Source: Candidatus Shapirobacteria bacterium
Lineage (GTDB): Bacteria > Patescibacteriota > Microgenomatia > UBA12405
Direction: 5' to 3'
DNA: 64,000 bases
Assembly: GCA_030698565.1 (NCBI GenBank)
Contig: JAUYJS010000003.1
Span: 76,187 to 140,186 of the forward strand
Shown: positions 20,193 to 28,333 of the stretch, in pieces
Layout of the letters: each line of letters starts with the position of its first letter
Position numbering within the stretch: position 1 is the first letter of the stretch
Program-made: the position numbers and the translations under genes
The notes under the pieces: model-generated
Told to the model about the DNA's origin: nothing
Database searches by the model: none
What the model saw: the letters and a program-made list of their open reading frames with translations, nothing else

Positions 20193-21233
20193 TTACTGGT
20201 TTTTATATTGTTGTACCTCTTCGTATTTATATTCCAACTCAACCCCAGCTTTTTTGAACATTTGTTCTGACTCGGCTCCAGCATGGTATTTACGTTCACA
20301 ATATACTTTTTTTACACCACAGTTAATTAACAACATGGCGCAGATTCTACAAGGTGTCATTCGACAATAAACAGTTGCTCCGTCAATCGACACACCTCTT
20401 TTTGATGCCTGACAAATAGCATTTTGCTCGGCGTGAACTGTTCGTACACAATGCTGAGTAATCGTTCCGTCTTCATGAATTGTTTTTTTCATTTGGTGAC
20501 CCACTTCATCACAGTGAGGCAAACCTACAGGCGACCCCACATAACCCGTAACTAAAATCTGTTTATCTCGTGCAATTACACAACCACTTCTACCTCGATC
20601 GCAAGTGGCTCTCTTGGAAATTGCATCGGCCACTTCCATAAAATAATCATTCCAAGATGGTCGAACATGAACCGGCTTATTTTCGATTAAATTAACTACT
20701 TCCAAAACCTTGTGATATAAATCTTCTAATTTTCCATTATTTTCAAAAGTATAATCAGCCAAACTAATACATTTGGATAAATTCTGTTTATTTGGATCAG
20801 CCGAAATCATTTCTCTTTTTTCATTTTCAATGAATTTTTCATAAGTTACCAAATCAGTTTCCGAACCTCGTTTTTTTATTCTTTCATATCTAATTTTCGG
20901 GTCAGCATCAATGGCAAACATAAAAAAATTATCCTGTTTTTTTAAACTTTCCACTTCTCCCGGAGCCCTTAAACTTTCGATTATACAATTAATACCAGAT
21001 TCCTTTGCTTGTTTATATAATTGTTCAGCCAAATAGCTAGATGAATATTTTTCTCTTAAATCATTGGCTACTTCTACCATCGAATCTCGGTTAACCTCCA
21101 GACCTCTTTTTTTAATTTCTTCCACCAAAAATTCTCTTATGGAAAAATGTTTAAATCCTTTTTCTTTAACTAAAAAATCAACAATAGTCCCCTTTCCTGC
21201 ACCCAAGGTACCCGTAATTCCAATGATTATCAT
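20193..21233 (-). CDS. P-loop kinase / dCMP deaminase fusion
   Basis: N-terminal GTLGAGKGT; C-terminal RPSWNDYFM, HAEQNA, PCRIC. Confidence 0.85.
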   Translation of the reverse strand: MIIIGITGTLGAGKGTIVDFLVKEKGFKHFSIREFLVEEIKKRGLEVNRDSMVEVANDLREKYSSSYLAEQLYKQAKESGINCIIESLRAPGEVESLKKQDNFFMFAIDADPKIRYERIKKRGSETDLVTYEKFIENEKREMISADPNKQNLSKCISLADYTFENNGKLEDLYHKVLEVVNLIENKPVHVRPSWNDYFMEVADAISKRATCDRGRSGCVIARDKQILVTGYVGSPVGLPHCDEVGHQMKKTIHEDGTITQHCVRTVHAEQNAICQASKRGVSIDGATVYCRMTPCRICAMLLINCGVKKVYCERKYHAGAESEQMFKKAGVELEYKYEEVQQYKNQ

Positions 21234-21329
21234 AATTTATAAAAATATTAATTTAAACCATTCTAGCATTCATTTCATTGCCAAAAAATAGATCAAAAAT
21301 CATCAAATCAAAATAATTTAGTGGAACTC

Positions 21330-21404
21330 GGAGACATTGTGTGTGTTGTGTGGATTTTGTTAGCGCAAACGCTAACTAATCCTGTTTGTTTACACAATGT
21401 CTCC
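21330..21404. repeat. Long inverted repeat downstream of unit A
   Basis: GGAGACATTGTGT...ACACAATGTCTCC (13 bp) enclosing GGATT/AATCC and GTTAGCG-CAAA-CGCTAAC. Confidence 0.8.
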
Positions 21405-21432
21405 TACAAATATATTGCAGGATAAGATTCTA

Positions 21433-21798
21433 TTAATGAAGCATTTTTAGTTGCGGTCGACCATTGTACCGGTTCAACAACTTCTGAGTTGCTTTCACTA
21501 GCCTCAACTTTGATGAATCAGGATCAGAAACTATCTCTATCCAACCGTACCGAACGAGCTGTTGAATACCTCTATTAAATCTGTGCTGCGAAGTTATAAC
21601 CTTGTGCATTAACGATTCCAAAAAAAGCTCGCTTACCGGAACTACTTCCACTGCCTGTTTCTCAACAAAAACAAAATCCAGAACTCCCAAAAGGATCATT
21701 AGTCCAGCACTTCCTTTCCGTAAACGATGTTCATCAATAACAACCATCGTTACCCTAGTCTTCAATACCCGACCAAACACGGTTTCCACTCTACTCAC
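21433..21798 (-). CDS. Orphan protein with possible winged-helix C-terminus (unit A cargo)
   Basis: FNRGIQQLVRYGWIEIVSDPDSSKLRLVKAT resembles a MarR-type helix plus wing; composition GC-richer than neighbours. Confidence 0.55.
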   Translation of the reverse strand: MSRVETVFGRVLKTRVTMVVIDEHRLRKGSAGLMILLGVLDFVFVEKQAVEVVPVSELFLESLMHKVITSQHRFNRGIQQLVRYGWIEIVSDPDSSKLRLVKATQKLLNRYNGRPQLKMLH

Positions 21799-21809
21799 CC
21801 TTTCTTATT

Positions 21810-21866
21810 TCTTAACCTGCATGTCAATGAACTCCCATAATATAACAAATAAATTTTAAAATACAA
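21810..21866 (-). promoter_or_regulatory. Unit A leader: promoter, boxA-like motif, 5' pairing arm
   Basis: Minus strand TTGTAT-16-TATATT, AGTTCATTGACA (21833-21822), TGCAGGTTAAGA (21821-21810). Confidence 0.6.
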
Positions 21867-22004
21867 TATTTTTAACAGAAAAACTTATTTTTCCACCAGC
21901 ACCAAAATATTCACTACACCAAGCACTCTGTATTTATCTATTTCAAATCTTGCCCAAAAGTTTGCGGTAGTTTTATTTATATCCAATTGTAATATAATCA
22001 GTTC

Positions 22005-22451
22005 ATGAAAAAAACTGTCACCAAATTTCCCCGAGGAGTTGAAGTTGTCGGCGGTGCTGTCATAGAAAATAATCAAGGCAAACTTTTATTAACCAAATCT
22101 TCAAAATGGAACAATAAATGGGTCTGGCCTGGCGGTCACATTGAACCAGGAGAAACAATCATTGATGGTGTCAAAAGAGAAATCGAAGAAGAGGTTGGAC
22201 TCACCGTAGAGCCTATCGGAATTTTGGCCTGGGGCGAAACAATTGACAATAAAAATTTTCATCGCCCATCTCATTTTGTCTATTTTCATGTTCACTTTAA
22301 AGCTCTCGATGACAAAATTACTCTCGATAATCTTGAACTTCAAGAATATAAATGGGTCACTCCACAAGAAGCATTGACTATGGACATAGAAGTCTCCTGT
22401 ACCAAAACTATAAAAAAATTTATGAAATTTTCAAAAAAGAAAAATAAATAA
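22005..22451 (+). CDS. NUDIX hydrolase
   Basis: PGGHIEPGETIIDGVKREIEEEVGL Nudix box. Confidence 0.9.
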   Translation: MKKTVTKFPRGVEVVGGAVIENNQGKLLLTKSSKWNNKWVWPGGHIEPGETIIDGVKREIEEEVGLTVEPIGILAWGETIDNKNFHRPSHFVYFHVHFKALDDKITLDNLELQEYKWVTPQEALTMDIEVSCTKTIKKFMKFSKKKNK

Positions 22452-22466
22452 ACCCTAATTTTTATA

Positions 22467-23009
22467 TTAGATAGCCATTCTCATGGCACTTTCTGGTTTA
22501 TAGTAATGGCGAAATTTTTCTACAGACCATAAAGCCGTTCCTCTGGCAATAAAAGTACTATGCCAAATAGCAGGCTTATCCCGATCAATTTCATCACCCG
22601 AGAAAAAAGCTAATATCTCATCTGTAGGCAAGCCTACGTATACAGCCAAGTGTAAATGAACCAACCTTTCATACTCAGTTTCAAATTTTTCCTTGCCCGA
22701 TTTAATTTTTTTTCCATGACTATCTCTTAATTTTTCTGCATAAATAATATCTCCTTCCTGAAGACCACTAAAAAACTCATTGCTATCAACTTGATTATTT
22801 TCGATAAAAGTTCCTCTACTATTGTTACGTGCATACGGAAGCACTATCTCCGAATGACTAAGATATATTCCCCGAGTTTCTTTAAAATATTGTTGAATTG
22901 CAAAGCGACAATTACCCTTGTCTGGTTTTTCCTCAAGAACCCTCTGAGATACTGGTCCATCAAAAAGACTATATATAAAAGACCTGAACGGTCCTTCTGC
23001 ACTATTCAT
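22467..23009 (-). CDS. Hypothetical protein, possible NlpC/P60 papain-like fold
   Basis: NCRFAIQQYF...LQEGDIIY...HLAVYVG. Confidence 0.5.
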   Translation of the reverse strand: MNSAEGPFRSFIYSLFDGPVSQRVLEEKPDKGNCRFAIQQYFKETRGIYLSHSEIVLPYARNNSRGTFIENNQVDSNEFFSGLQEGDIIYAEKLRDSHGKKIKSGKEKFETEYERLVHLHLAVYVGLPTDEILAFFSGDEIDRDKPAIWHSTFIARGTALWSVEKFRHYYKPESAMRMAI

Positions 23010-23139
23010 GGGGCGATTATATCAAAACAACTTTTAAAATTAGCTTGTGTAAATTTACTTAGCAGGTTTACCTAGCAACGTTTGCCGATTAATTAGAAAA
23101 AGCAGGTTCACCTGCCGAAGTTCTGCTTTGCAGAACGTA

Positions 23140-23213
23140 TGGCAGGCCCGCCCCGAGTCGAACAGGGAAAAAAGGTTTTGGAGACCTTTGTGATACCATT
23201 TCACCACGGGCCT
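23140..23213 (-). tRNA. tRNA-Trp(CCA)
   Basis: AGGCCCG...CGGGCCT-G-CCA; anticodon loop CTCCAAA. Confidence 0.9.
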
Positions 23214-23278
23214 AGTTAGGAATCTCTAAATTATAACATCCAAAATGGCTTAAACTTCCAAAAATAAATTAATTAATT

Positions 23279-23354
23279 TGGTGGACCTAAGGGGACTCGA
23301 ACCCCTGACCTTCCCCATGCCATGGGGACGCGCTACCAACTACGCTATAGGCCC
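23279..23354 (-). tRNA. tRNA-Ala(GGC), copy with encoded CCA
   Basis: GGGCCTA...TAGGTCC-A-CCA with G3:U70; anticodon GGC. Confidence 0.93.
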
Positions 23355-23395
23355 AAATTTTATATGAAAGTTCTTTTTATCAATTTTGCGTAAAT

Positions 23396-24001
23396 TTACA
23401 AAACTTCCCGAGGTAATCTATAAATATAAATTCCTAATCCTGTTGAAACAATCGACATCACAATAAAGATGATTGGATAGCCAAAAAATTGAATTAATAC
23501 TCCACCTATTAAAGCCGCAAAACCTGTTACTATCGCCGCAATTCCTTCCCATCTCCCCCATTCAATAATAGAATTCTCTTTACTGGTGTGACTAGAATAT
23601 ACAGAGTCGAACGCTGGTGTACCAATAGCCGTAGCCACACCCCAAAGAACCTGTGTCAAAATCAGCTGAGGAATATTATTCATCAAAGCATAACTAAAAA
23701 ATACTCCTCCTCTTAAAACATAACCCAAAGCAATCAATAACTCCGGCTCTTTCACCTTTAATTGCCAATTAGAAAATAAAAATATTAAAATACCGCTAAC
23801 CATAGAATATACCGCCCAAGACAATCCAGCAAAAGCAATATTTCCGCCTATCTCTTGAACAAAAACAGCATAAAATGGCGCAAACAAATTCAAAATAAAT
23901 ACCAATATTGAATTAGCTGTGACCAAGATGGTTAAGCTTTTATTAATCCGCGTATGAGGAAAAACAAAACCAAATATCGTTTTTAATTTATTAATTACCA
24001 T
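23396..24001 (-). CDS. MFS-like (half-size) membrane protein
   Basis: About 6 TMs, MFS-like QVLWGVATAIGTPAFDSV...; ATG at 24001 right after the tRNA. Confidence 0.75.
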   Translation of the reverse strand: MVINKLKTIFGFVFPHTRINKSLTILVTANSILVFILNLFAPFYAVFVQEIGGNIAFAGLSWAVYSMVSGILIFLFSNWQLKVKEPELLIALGYVLRGGVFFSYALMNNIPQLILTQVLWGVATAIGTPAFDSVYSSHTSKENSIIEWGRWEGIAAIVTGFAALIGGVLIQFFGYPIIFIVMSIVSTGLGIYIYRLPREVL

Positions 24002-24004
24002 TTG

Positions 24005-24077
24005 TGGACCTAAGGGGACTCGAACCCCTGACCTTCCCCATGCCATGGGGACGCGCTACCAACTACGCTATAGGCCC
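24005..24077 (-). tRNA. tRNA-Ala(GGC), identical second copy (no encoded CCA)
   Basis: 24004-24077 identical to 23281-23354. Confidence 0.92.
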
Positions 24078-24174
24078 GAATCAAACTCACTATTTTAACA
24101 AATTTTCCCACATAACCATATATCCAATCAGACACTCCCCAACTTTTATATGATCTGATATTATTAAGGCACTT

Positions 24175-25059
24175 ATGACTAAAATCAAAAAGGCCGTCAT
24201 TGCTGCCGCTGGTCGCGGCACTCGTTTTCTACCTGTAGTTAAATCTTATGCCAAAGAATTAGTCCCTGTTTTAGCCAAACCAAATATCCAACTTCTAGTT
24301 GAAGAATTAATCGGAGCGGGTATTTCTGAAATCTGTATTGTCCACCGCAACGGTGAAACTGGTATTAAAAATTATTTTACTCCAGACGCTGATCTGGAAA
24401 AATATTTAAAAAATAACAATAAAACTTCATTTTTAGATAGTTTAAGAGAAATTTGGGATAAAGTTAAAATAATGGAATTTATTTCCCAACCTCTCGACCT
24501 TCCTTATGGCAATGCTTCCCCAGCTTTAGCCGCTGAATCATTTATCGGCAAAGATCCTTTTGTTTATCTTTTTGGTGACGATCTAATTATCGAACCCAAA
24601 CCCGGTCAATTTCTAACAGAAATGCTTGCCACATACGACAAATTCCACCCCGACGCTGTCATGGCTACCCAACAAGTTCCTTGGGAAGAAATCGTTCGTT
24701 ATGGTTGTATTAAATATAAAAACAATCCTAAACACCCAAACCAAGTCGAAACCGTTGTCGAAAAAATGCCACCCGATGACGCACCTTCCAACAATGCCGT
24801 TCTCGGTCGTTTTGTGGTCTCAAATAAAATATTAGAAAATATCAAAAAACAAGCAATTTCCCGCGACAATGAACTTTGGTGGGCTGATGCCATCAATGAA
24901 TTGGCCCAAACAGGAGTCGTGTTAAATCAAACCATTAAGCACGGTGAATGGATGACAACTGGCGATCCACTTCGTTGGCTTAAAGCCAACATTGCCATCG
25001 CTTTACAAGAGCCAAGGTATTCAGCCGATCTAAAAGAATTCATGCAAAAGATTACCTAA
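24175..25059 (+). CDS. galU: UTP-glucose-1-phosphate uridylyltransferase
   Basis: KAVIAAAGRGTRFLP, VVEK, SNNAVLGRF. Confidence 0.85.
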   Translation: MTKIKKAVIAAAGRGTRFLPVVKSYAKELVPVLAKPNIQLLVEELIGAGISEICIVHRNGETGIKNYFTPDADLEKYLKNNNKTSFLDSLREIWDKVKIMEFISQPLDLPYGNASPALAAESFIGKDPFVYLFGDDLIIEPKPGQFLTEMLATYDKFHPDAVMATQQVPWEEIVRYGCIKYKNNPKHPNQVETVVEKMPPDDAPSNNAVLGRFVVSNKILENIKKQAISRDNELWWADAINELAQTGVVLNQTIKHGEWMTTGDPLRWLKANIAIALQEPRYSADLKEFMQKIT

Positions 25060-25154
25060 GTTAAGTAACTTTAGTTACTTTTTCATACCGCTTGACATTT
25101 ATTATATTTTTTATATAATAGCCCATAATTAATTTTTATAAATTAAAAGCAGGT

Positions 25155-25784
25155 ATGATCAATAAAAATTTAAAGTTTCTTATCGCCCTAGTTACCTTTT
25201 TAGTTCTCCCATCTTCTGTCCGAGCTGATGATGAAGTCAGAAAAATGGAAGTGGATATAAAAGCCAAAGGGTTTAGTCAACAAATTTGGCAAGACAATCT
25301 TGACAGTAGTCAAATAATCTTTGGGCCAAAAGACCAATTTCAAATTCAATTTATAATCAAAAATTTAGGTAATCGTACTCAAACCCAAATTGAAGTCAAA
25401 GAAATTTTACCTCGAACTTTATCTGTGGTTGACAGCCAAATTAAAGCTAATCAAATAAATCAAATTAGCTTTAAAATTCCTCAAATTGCAGCTAATGAAA
25501 ATTACGTCCAAACCATTACTGTTGCTGTAAAAGGTAAAGACTCTATTAATCCAAACATTACTAAAAACGAAGTTCACGCCGCAATTAAATCAGAAATTGG
25601 AACAGCCAGTGAAGATAATTTAGCTTTTTATACCAACAATGGTACTCAAAAAGTAAAATCGGCTACTATTTCTGCTCAAGTTCTACCAAAAACTGGTAGC
25701 AGTGCTTTAATTTTAGGCACGCTTATGGCTACTGCAGTTTTAGCCGCCGGCTACGGTTTAAGAAAATATTCCAGAGGTTACTAA
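25155..25784 (+). CDS. Secreted DUF11-like protein with LPKTG sorting signal
   Basis: Signal peptide, IKNLG...VKEILP Ig-like motif, LPKTG + TM + basic tail. Confidence 0.7.
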   Translation: MINKNLKFLIALVTFLVLPSSVRADDEVRKMEVDIKAKGFSQQIWQDNLDSSQIIFGPKDQFQIQFIIKNLGNRTQTQIEVKEILPRTLSVVDSQIKANQINQISFKIPQIAANENYVQTITVAVKGKDSINPNITKNEVHAAIKSEIGTASEDNLAFYTNNGTQKVKSATISAQVLPKTGSSALILGTLMATAVLAAGYGLRKYSRGY

Positions 25785-25802
25785 ACTTTATAAGTAATTT
25801 TC

Positions 25803-25835
25803 AAAATAACCCCGCTCCGGCGGGGTTATTTTTTT
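25803..25835 (+). terminator. Intrinsic terminator
   Basis: AAAATAACCCCGC-TCCG-GCGGGGTTATTTTTTT. Confidence 0.85.
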
Positions 25836-25863
25836 GCCAAACTTAATAAGTTATTATAAATAT

Positions 25864-25984
25864 ATCCTATAACTTGACATTATTATATAAATTTTATATA
25901 ATCCCACTTAAATTAATCAATCTAAACTTAAAGCGTTTTTATCTGATTAATTTAAAAGTTCTTTAACAAACCGTAAACTTTGAA
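25864..25984 (+). promoter_or_regulatory. Unit B leader: consensus promoter, hairpin, boxA, 5' arm
   Basis: ATCCTATAAC-TTGACA-17-TATAAT (25864-25902); hairpin 25910-25953; AGTTCTTTAACAA 25957-25969; arm ACCGTAAACTTTGAA 25970-25984. Confidence 0.8.
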
Positions 25985-26058
25985 ATTTCGAATCCGATTG
26001 TGAGTACACACTGTGTATTTAGAACCGGATTCGAAATATGTTTTTGGAGGTTGAGACA

Positions 26059-26637
26059 ATGCTTAAGAAGATGATTTCCGTTTTCTTGATTCTGGGTTTA
26101 GTGTTTATCACCCGGTCTGTCCCAGTTTTTGCTGGCGGTACTTCCGATAACCCCGGAAGCTACTACGTCGCACCGGTCAGTATTATCCTAACTTCAAATG
26201 GAAATGCCAGCCTCAATGCCAACGTCTTACTACCATACGGCACAATGGCTGAGATGGGCGACGAAGTCTACTATTCCACTATCAACTCTTTTGACATCCC
26301 AATGAAGGCCCTAGATTCACTAAAAGTCTTTGATCCTGTCAGTATGGTCGTTACCAGGGTTACTTACTCCGGCGTCAATACTCCAGCATCATTCGTCTCG
26401 ATTCCCATTGTAAAGATCAACGTCCCATACAACTACCAGGCTTGGAAGATGACCTACATCGACATCAAGTGCAATGAGGATTACACCTCCTGCACCGGCG
26501 GCTGGTCAATCACCCGATACCTGGGCGGCAATATCTACAAATTGACCCTTGAAAGGGGTAGCACCTTAATCATCCAACCAACCGACGATATCCTCAACAA
26601 TCGGCTTTTGCCACCCATCTTAGCCCAAATAGGCTAA
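26059..26637 (+). CDS. Orphan secreted protein (unit B cargo)
   Basis: GGAGG SD at 26046-26050; signal peptide MLKKMISVFLILGLVFITRSVPVFA; C-ending codons frequent. Confidence 0.75.
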   Translation: MLKKMISVFLILGLVFITRSVPVFAGGTSDNPGSYYVAPVSIILTSNGNASLNANVLLPYGTMAEMGDEVYYSTINSFDIPMKALDSLKVFDPVSMVVTRVTYSGVNTPASFVSIPIVKINVPYNYQAWKMTYIDIKCNEDYTSCTGGWSITRYLGGNIYKLTLERGSTLIIQPTDDILNNRLLPPILAQIG

Positions 26638-26724
26638 TTTCCCACCGGAACCAAAGGAGCGTCGAAGTTCTACTTCGACCTCCTTCCCTTTCGGGGGAAA
26701 ATCTTCAAAGTTTACGGTGTACAT

Positions 26725-26907
26725 ATCCTATAACTTGACATTATTAAACATTACTGTTACACTACTTCAGTTCATTAAAAATTAGACAAAAATAAATACC
26801 AAAGGAGAGATGTTGGGGTGGGCTCCTCTAAAGATCTTCACTCCATTTCTCCTTTGCTATTTATATAATATTTTAAAAAAACCTCCATTAATTTGGAGGT
26901 TTTTTTT
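26725..26907 (+). ncRNA. Unit C: ORF-less boxA-led hairpin RNA with terminator
   Basis: ATCCTATAAC-TTGACA-17-TACACT; AGTTCATTAAAA 26769-26780; stem ATAAATA-C-CAAAGGAGAGATG / CATTTCTCCTTTG-C-TATTTAT (26792-26864); terminator ACCTCCA..TGGAGGT-T7. Confidence 0.6.
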
Positions 26908-26984
26908 GGTCCCCTATCCTATAACGACTGACATTATTAATTAAATTCCTTCATCCAGCTCTGGTTTGCAAATTGTGTTTTGTT

Positions 26985-27121
26985 ATCCTATAACTTGATT
27001 TTTTTACCATTTAATGCTATAAACATCCATAGCAAGAAATTGCTTGTAAGTTGATTATATTTTAGACAATGCGTCTAATTCTCATAATCAATTTAGCTCT
27101 TTAACAAACCGTAAGACTTTT
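26985..27121 (+). promoter_or_regulatory. Unit D leader: promoter, hairpin, boxA, 5' arm
   Basis: ATCCTATAAC-TTGATT-17-TATAAA; hairpin about 27048-27094; AGCTCTTTAACAA 27095-27107; arm CGTAAGACTTTT 27110-27121. Confidence 0.75.
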
Positions 27122-27277
27122 GTTGAAAAAAGAATATCTCATTACATTTAGGCTTGTGTAGAAGAATGATGATGAAATTTTGGAAGAAAAAAATTGGGTA
27201 ATAAAACCCATTCACATAGGCCCCGGCCCCGGCAGAGATCCAATTTTTTTTGCGTAATACGCAAAGGAGGAATTTTC

Positions 27278-28189
27278 ATGTCCGCACCCGGAACAACACC
27301 GACCCGTACCCGCAGGTCTCTTAATTGGCTCACGCGTCACTGGTTCCCAATCCTGATGGTGATGATCGCGCTGGCGGTGCTAGTAGTTTGGCTATTCGTA
27401 TGGCATCCATGGAAGACCACCACTGCCCCGGCACCCGTTGTACCTGCAACTTCCACTACTGCTGTCACTGTTCCAGGAATCGATACTCTGACTGAAGCGG
27501 TCAAGGGAAACACGAAGGCGACGTCCGAAAACACCACTGCGACAATCGACAACACGGCAGCTACAAAGGAGAACACAACGACCTTGAAAAGCAACACCGA
27601 CAAGGTGATTGCTACTGCACCAGCTGCACCTGCACCGGCTCCTGCGCCTACCGTCGTTTACGTCCCGATCCATGTGTCTGCTCCTACTCCTGTTGTTACC
27701 GAATGGGTTACTGAACATGAACTGGACCTGACCCCAAACAAGGGCCATAGAATGTATCAGGTTAGATACAATAATGGAAGAAGAACCGAAGAAATTCGGT
27801 ACTTCACTCCCGAGAGATATATTACTCTCGAGGGAGACATTACTACTCCAACTTCTACCGTCGTCTATGTCCCGACCCCTGCACCTGCTCCGGCTCCCAC
27901 TGGCAACGACTGCCAAGAGTGGACAAAGAACACTAATGGCTCAATGAGTTGGGTCGGCCCAACTGACGGTACGATGAGTATTTGTCAGACGGGGACATGG
28001 CTCGACTGGATTCGCGCCGGGCACACGGCTGTTTTCAGCGTCTCCGTTCCGGGGACACTGGAAATCACCACCGGTTCTTATTCCACCCAAGTCACCGGGA
28101 ATGTGATCACCTACACGGTGATCAACAGTTCCGGCCCTAGTGGCGGCTTCCGCTGGACCCCTCAACAAGGGTACGGCTGGAGACGCTAA
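27278..28189 (+). CDS. Orphan membrane-anchored Pro/Thr-rich surface protein (unit D cargo)
   Basis: AAGGAGG SD at 27264-27270; single TM; repeated PAPAPAPT and TVVYVP; clearly GC-richer than flanks. Confidence 0.8.
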   Translation: MSAPGTTPTRTRRSLNWLTRHWFPILMVMIALAVLVVWLFVWHPWKTTTAPAPVVPATSTTAVTVPGIDTLTEAVKGNTKATSENTTATIDNTAATKENTTTLKSNTDKVIATAPAAPAPAPAPTVVYVPIHVSAPTPVVTEWVTEHELDLTPNKGHRMYQVRYNNGRRTEEIRYFTPERYITLEGDITTPTSTVVYVPTPAPAPAPTGNDCQEWTKNTNGSMSWVGPTDGTMSICQTGTWLDWIRAGHTAVFSVSVPGTLEITTGSYSTQVTGNVITYTVINSSGPSGGFRWTPQQGYGWRR

Positions 28190-28277
28190 AAGTCTAAAAG
28201 TCTTACGATTTCAAAAAGGTGGCAGGGTCCTGCAAGCTCTTCGGATTTATCCGAATCTTGTAGTTTCCTGTCCCCTG

Positions 28278-28328
28278 TTCCATTATCGATGTGTGTCGAT
28301 ACTGATGAGTCCAAAAGGACGAATGGAA
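28278..28328 (+). ncRNA. Type III hammerhead ribozyme, U15.1-A16.1 core variant
   Basis: TTCCA-T / TATCGAT-GTGT-GTCGATA / CTGATGA / GTCC-AAAA-GGAC / GAA-TGGAA; predicted cut after 28283. Confidence 0.8.
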
Positions 28329-28333
28329 ATTTT

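Noticed and set aside
24002-24046. ORF-track N-terminal extension MAWGRSGVRVPLGPQ of the MFS-like gene
   Set aside because: It is read through the tRNA-Ala sequence; the real start is more likely ATG 24001.
26810-26890. 26-aa hydrophobic ORF MLGWAPLKIFTPFLLCYLYNILKNLH in unit C (type I toxin-like?)
   Set aside because: SD-to-ATG spacing is only about 2 nt, both are buried in the stem, and the ORF runs into the terminator; not excluded but unsupported.
25864-27000. CRISPR array or integron attC interpretation of the repeated ATCCTATAAC motif
   Set aside because: Repeats are short, irregularly spaced and coincide with -35 boxes; no cas or integrase gene and no attC R-box pattern seen.
27337-28168. 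Several antisense ORFs over the unit D gene, and alternative-frame ORFs in 58846-59442
   Set aside because: Expected shadow ORFs of GC-richer, low-complexity coding sequence; no SD or motifs.
25970-28207. Arms as IS/MITE terminal inverted repeats
   Set aside because: No transposase, no evident target-site duplications, arms differ between units, lie inside the predicted transcript right after boxA, and one uses G-U pairing.
28289-28333. Upstream start (MCVDTDESKRTNGNF) for the GT2 gene
   Set aside because: It is a translation of the hammerhead; the GT2 domain starts at MKKNKQSLISV.
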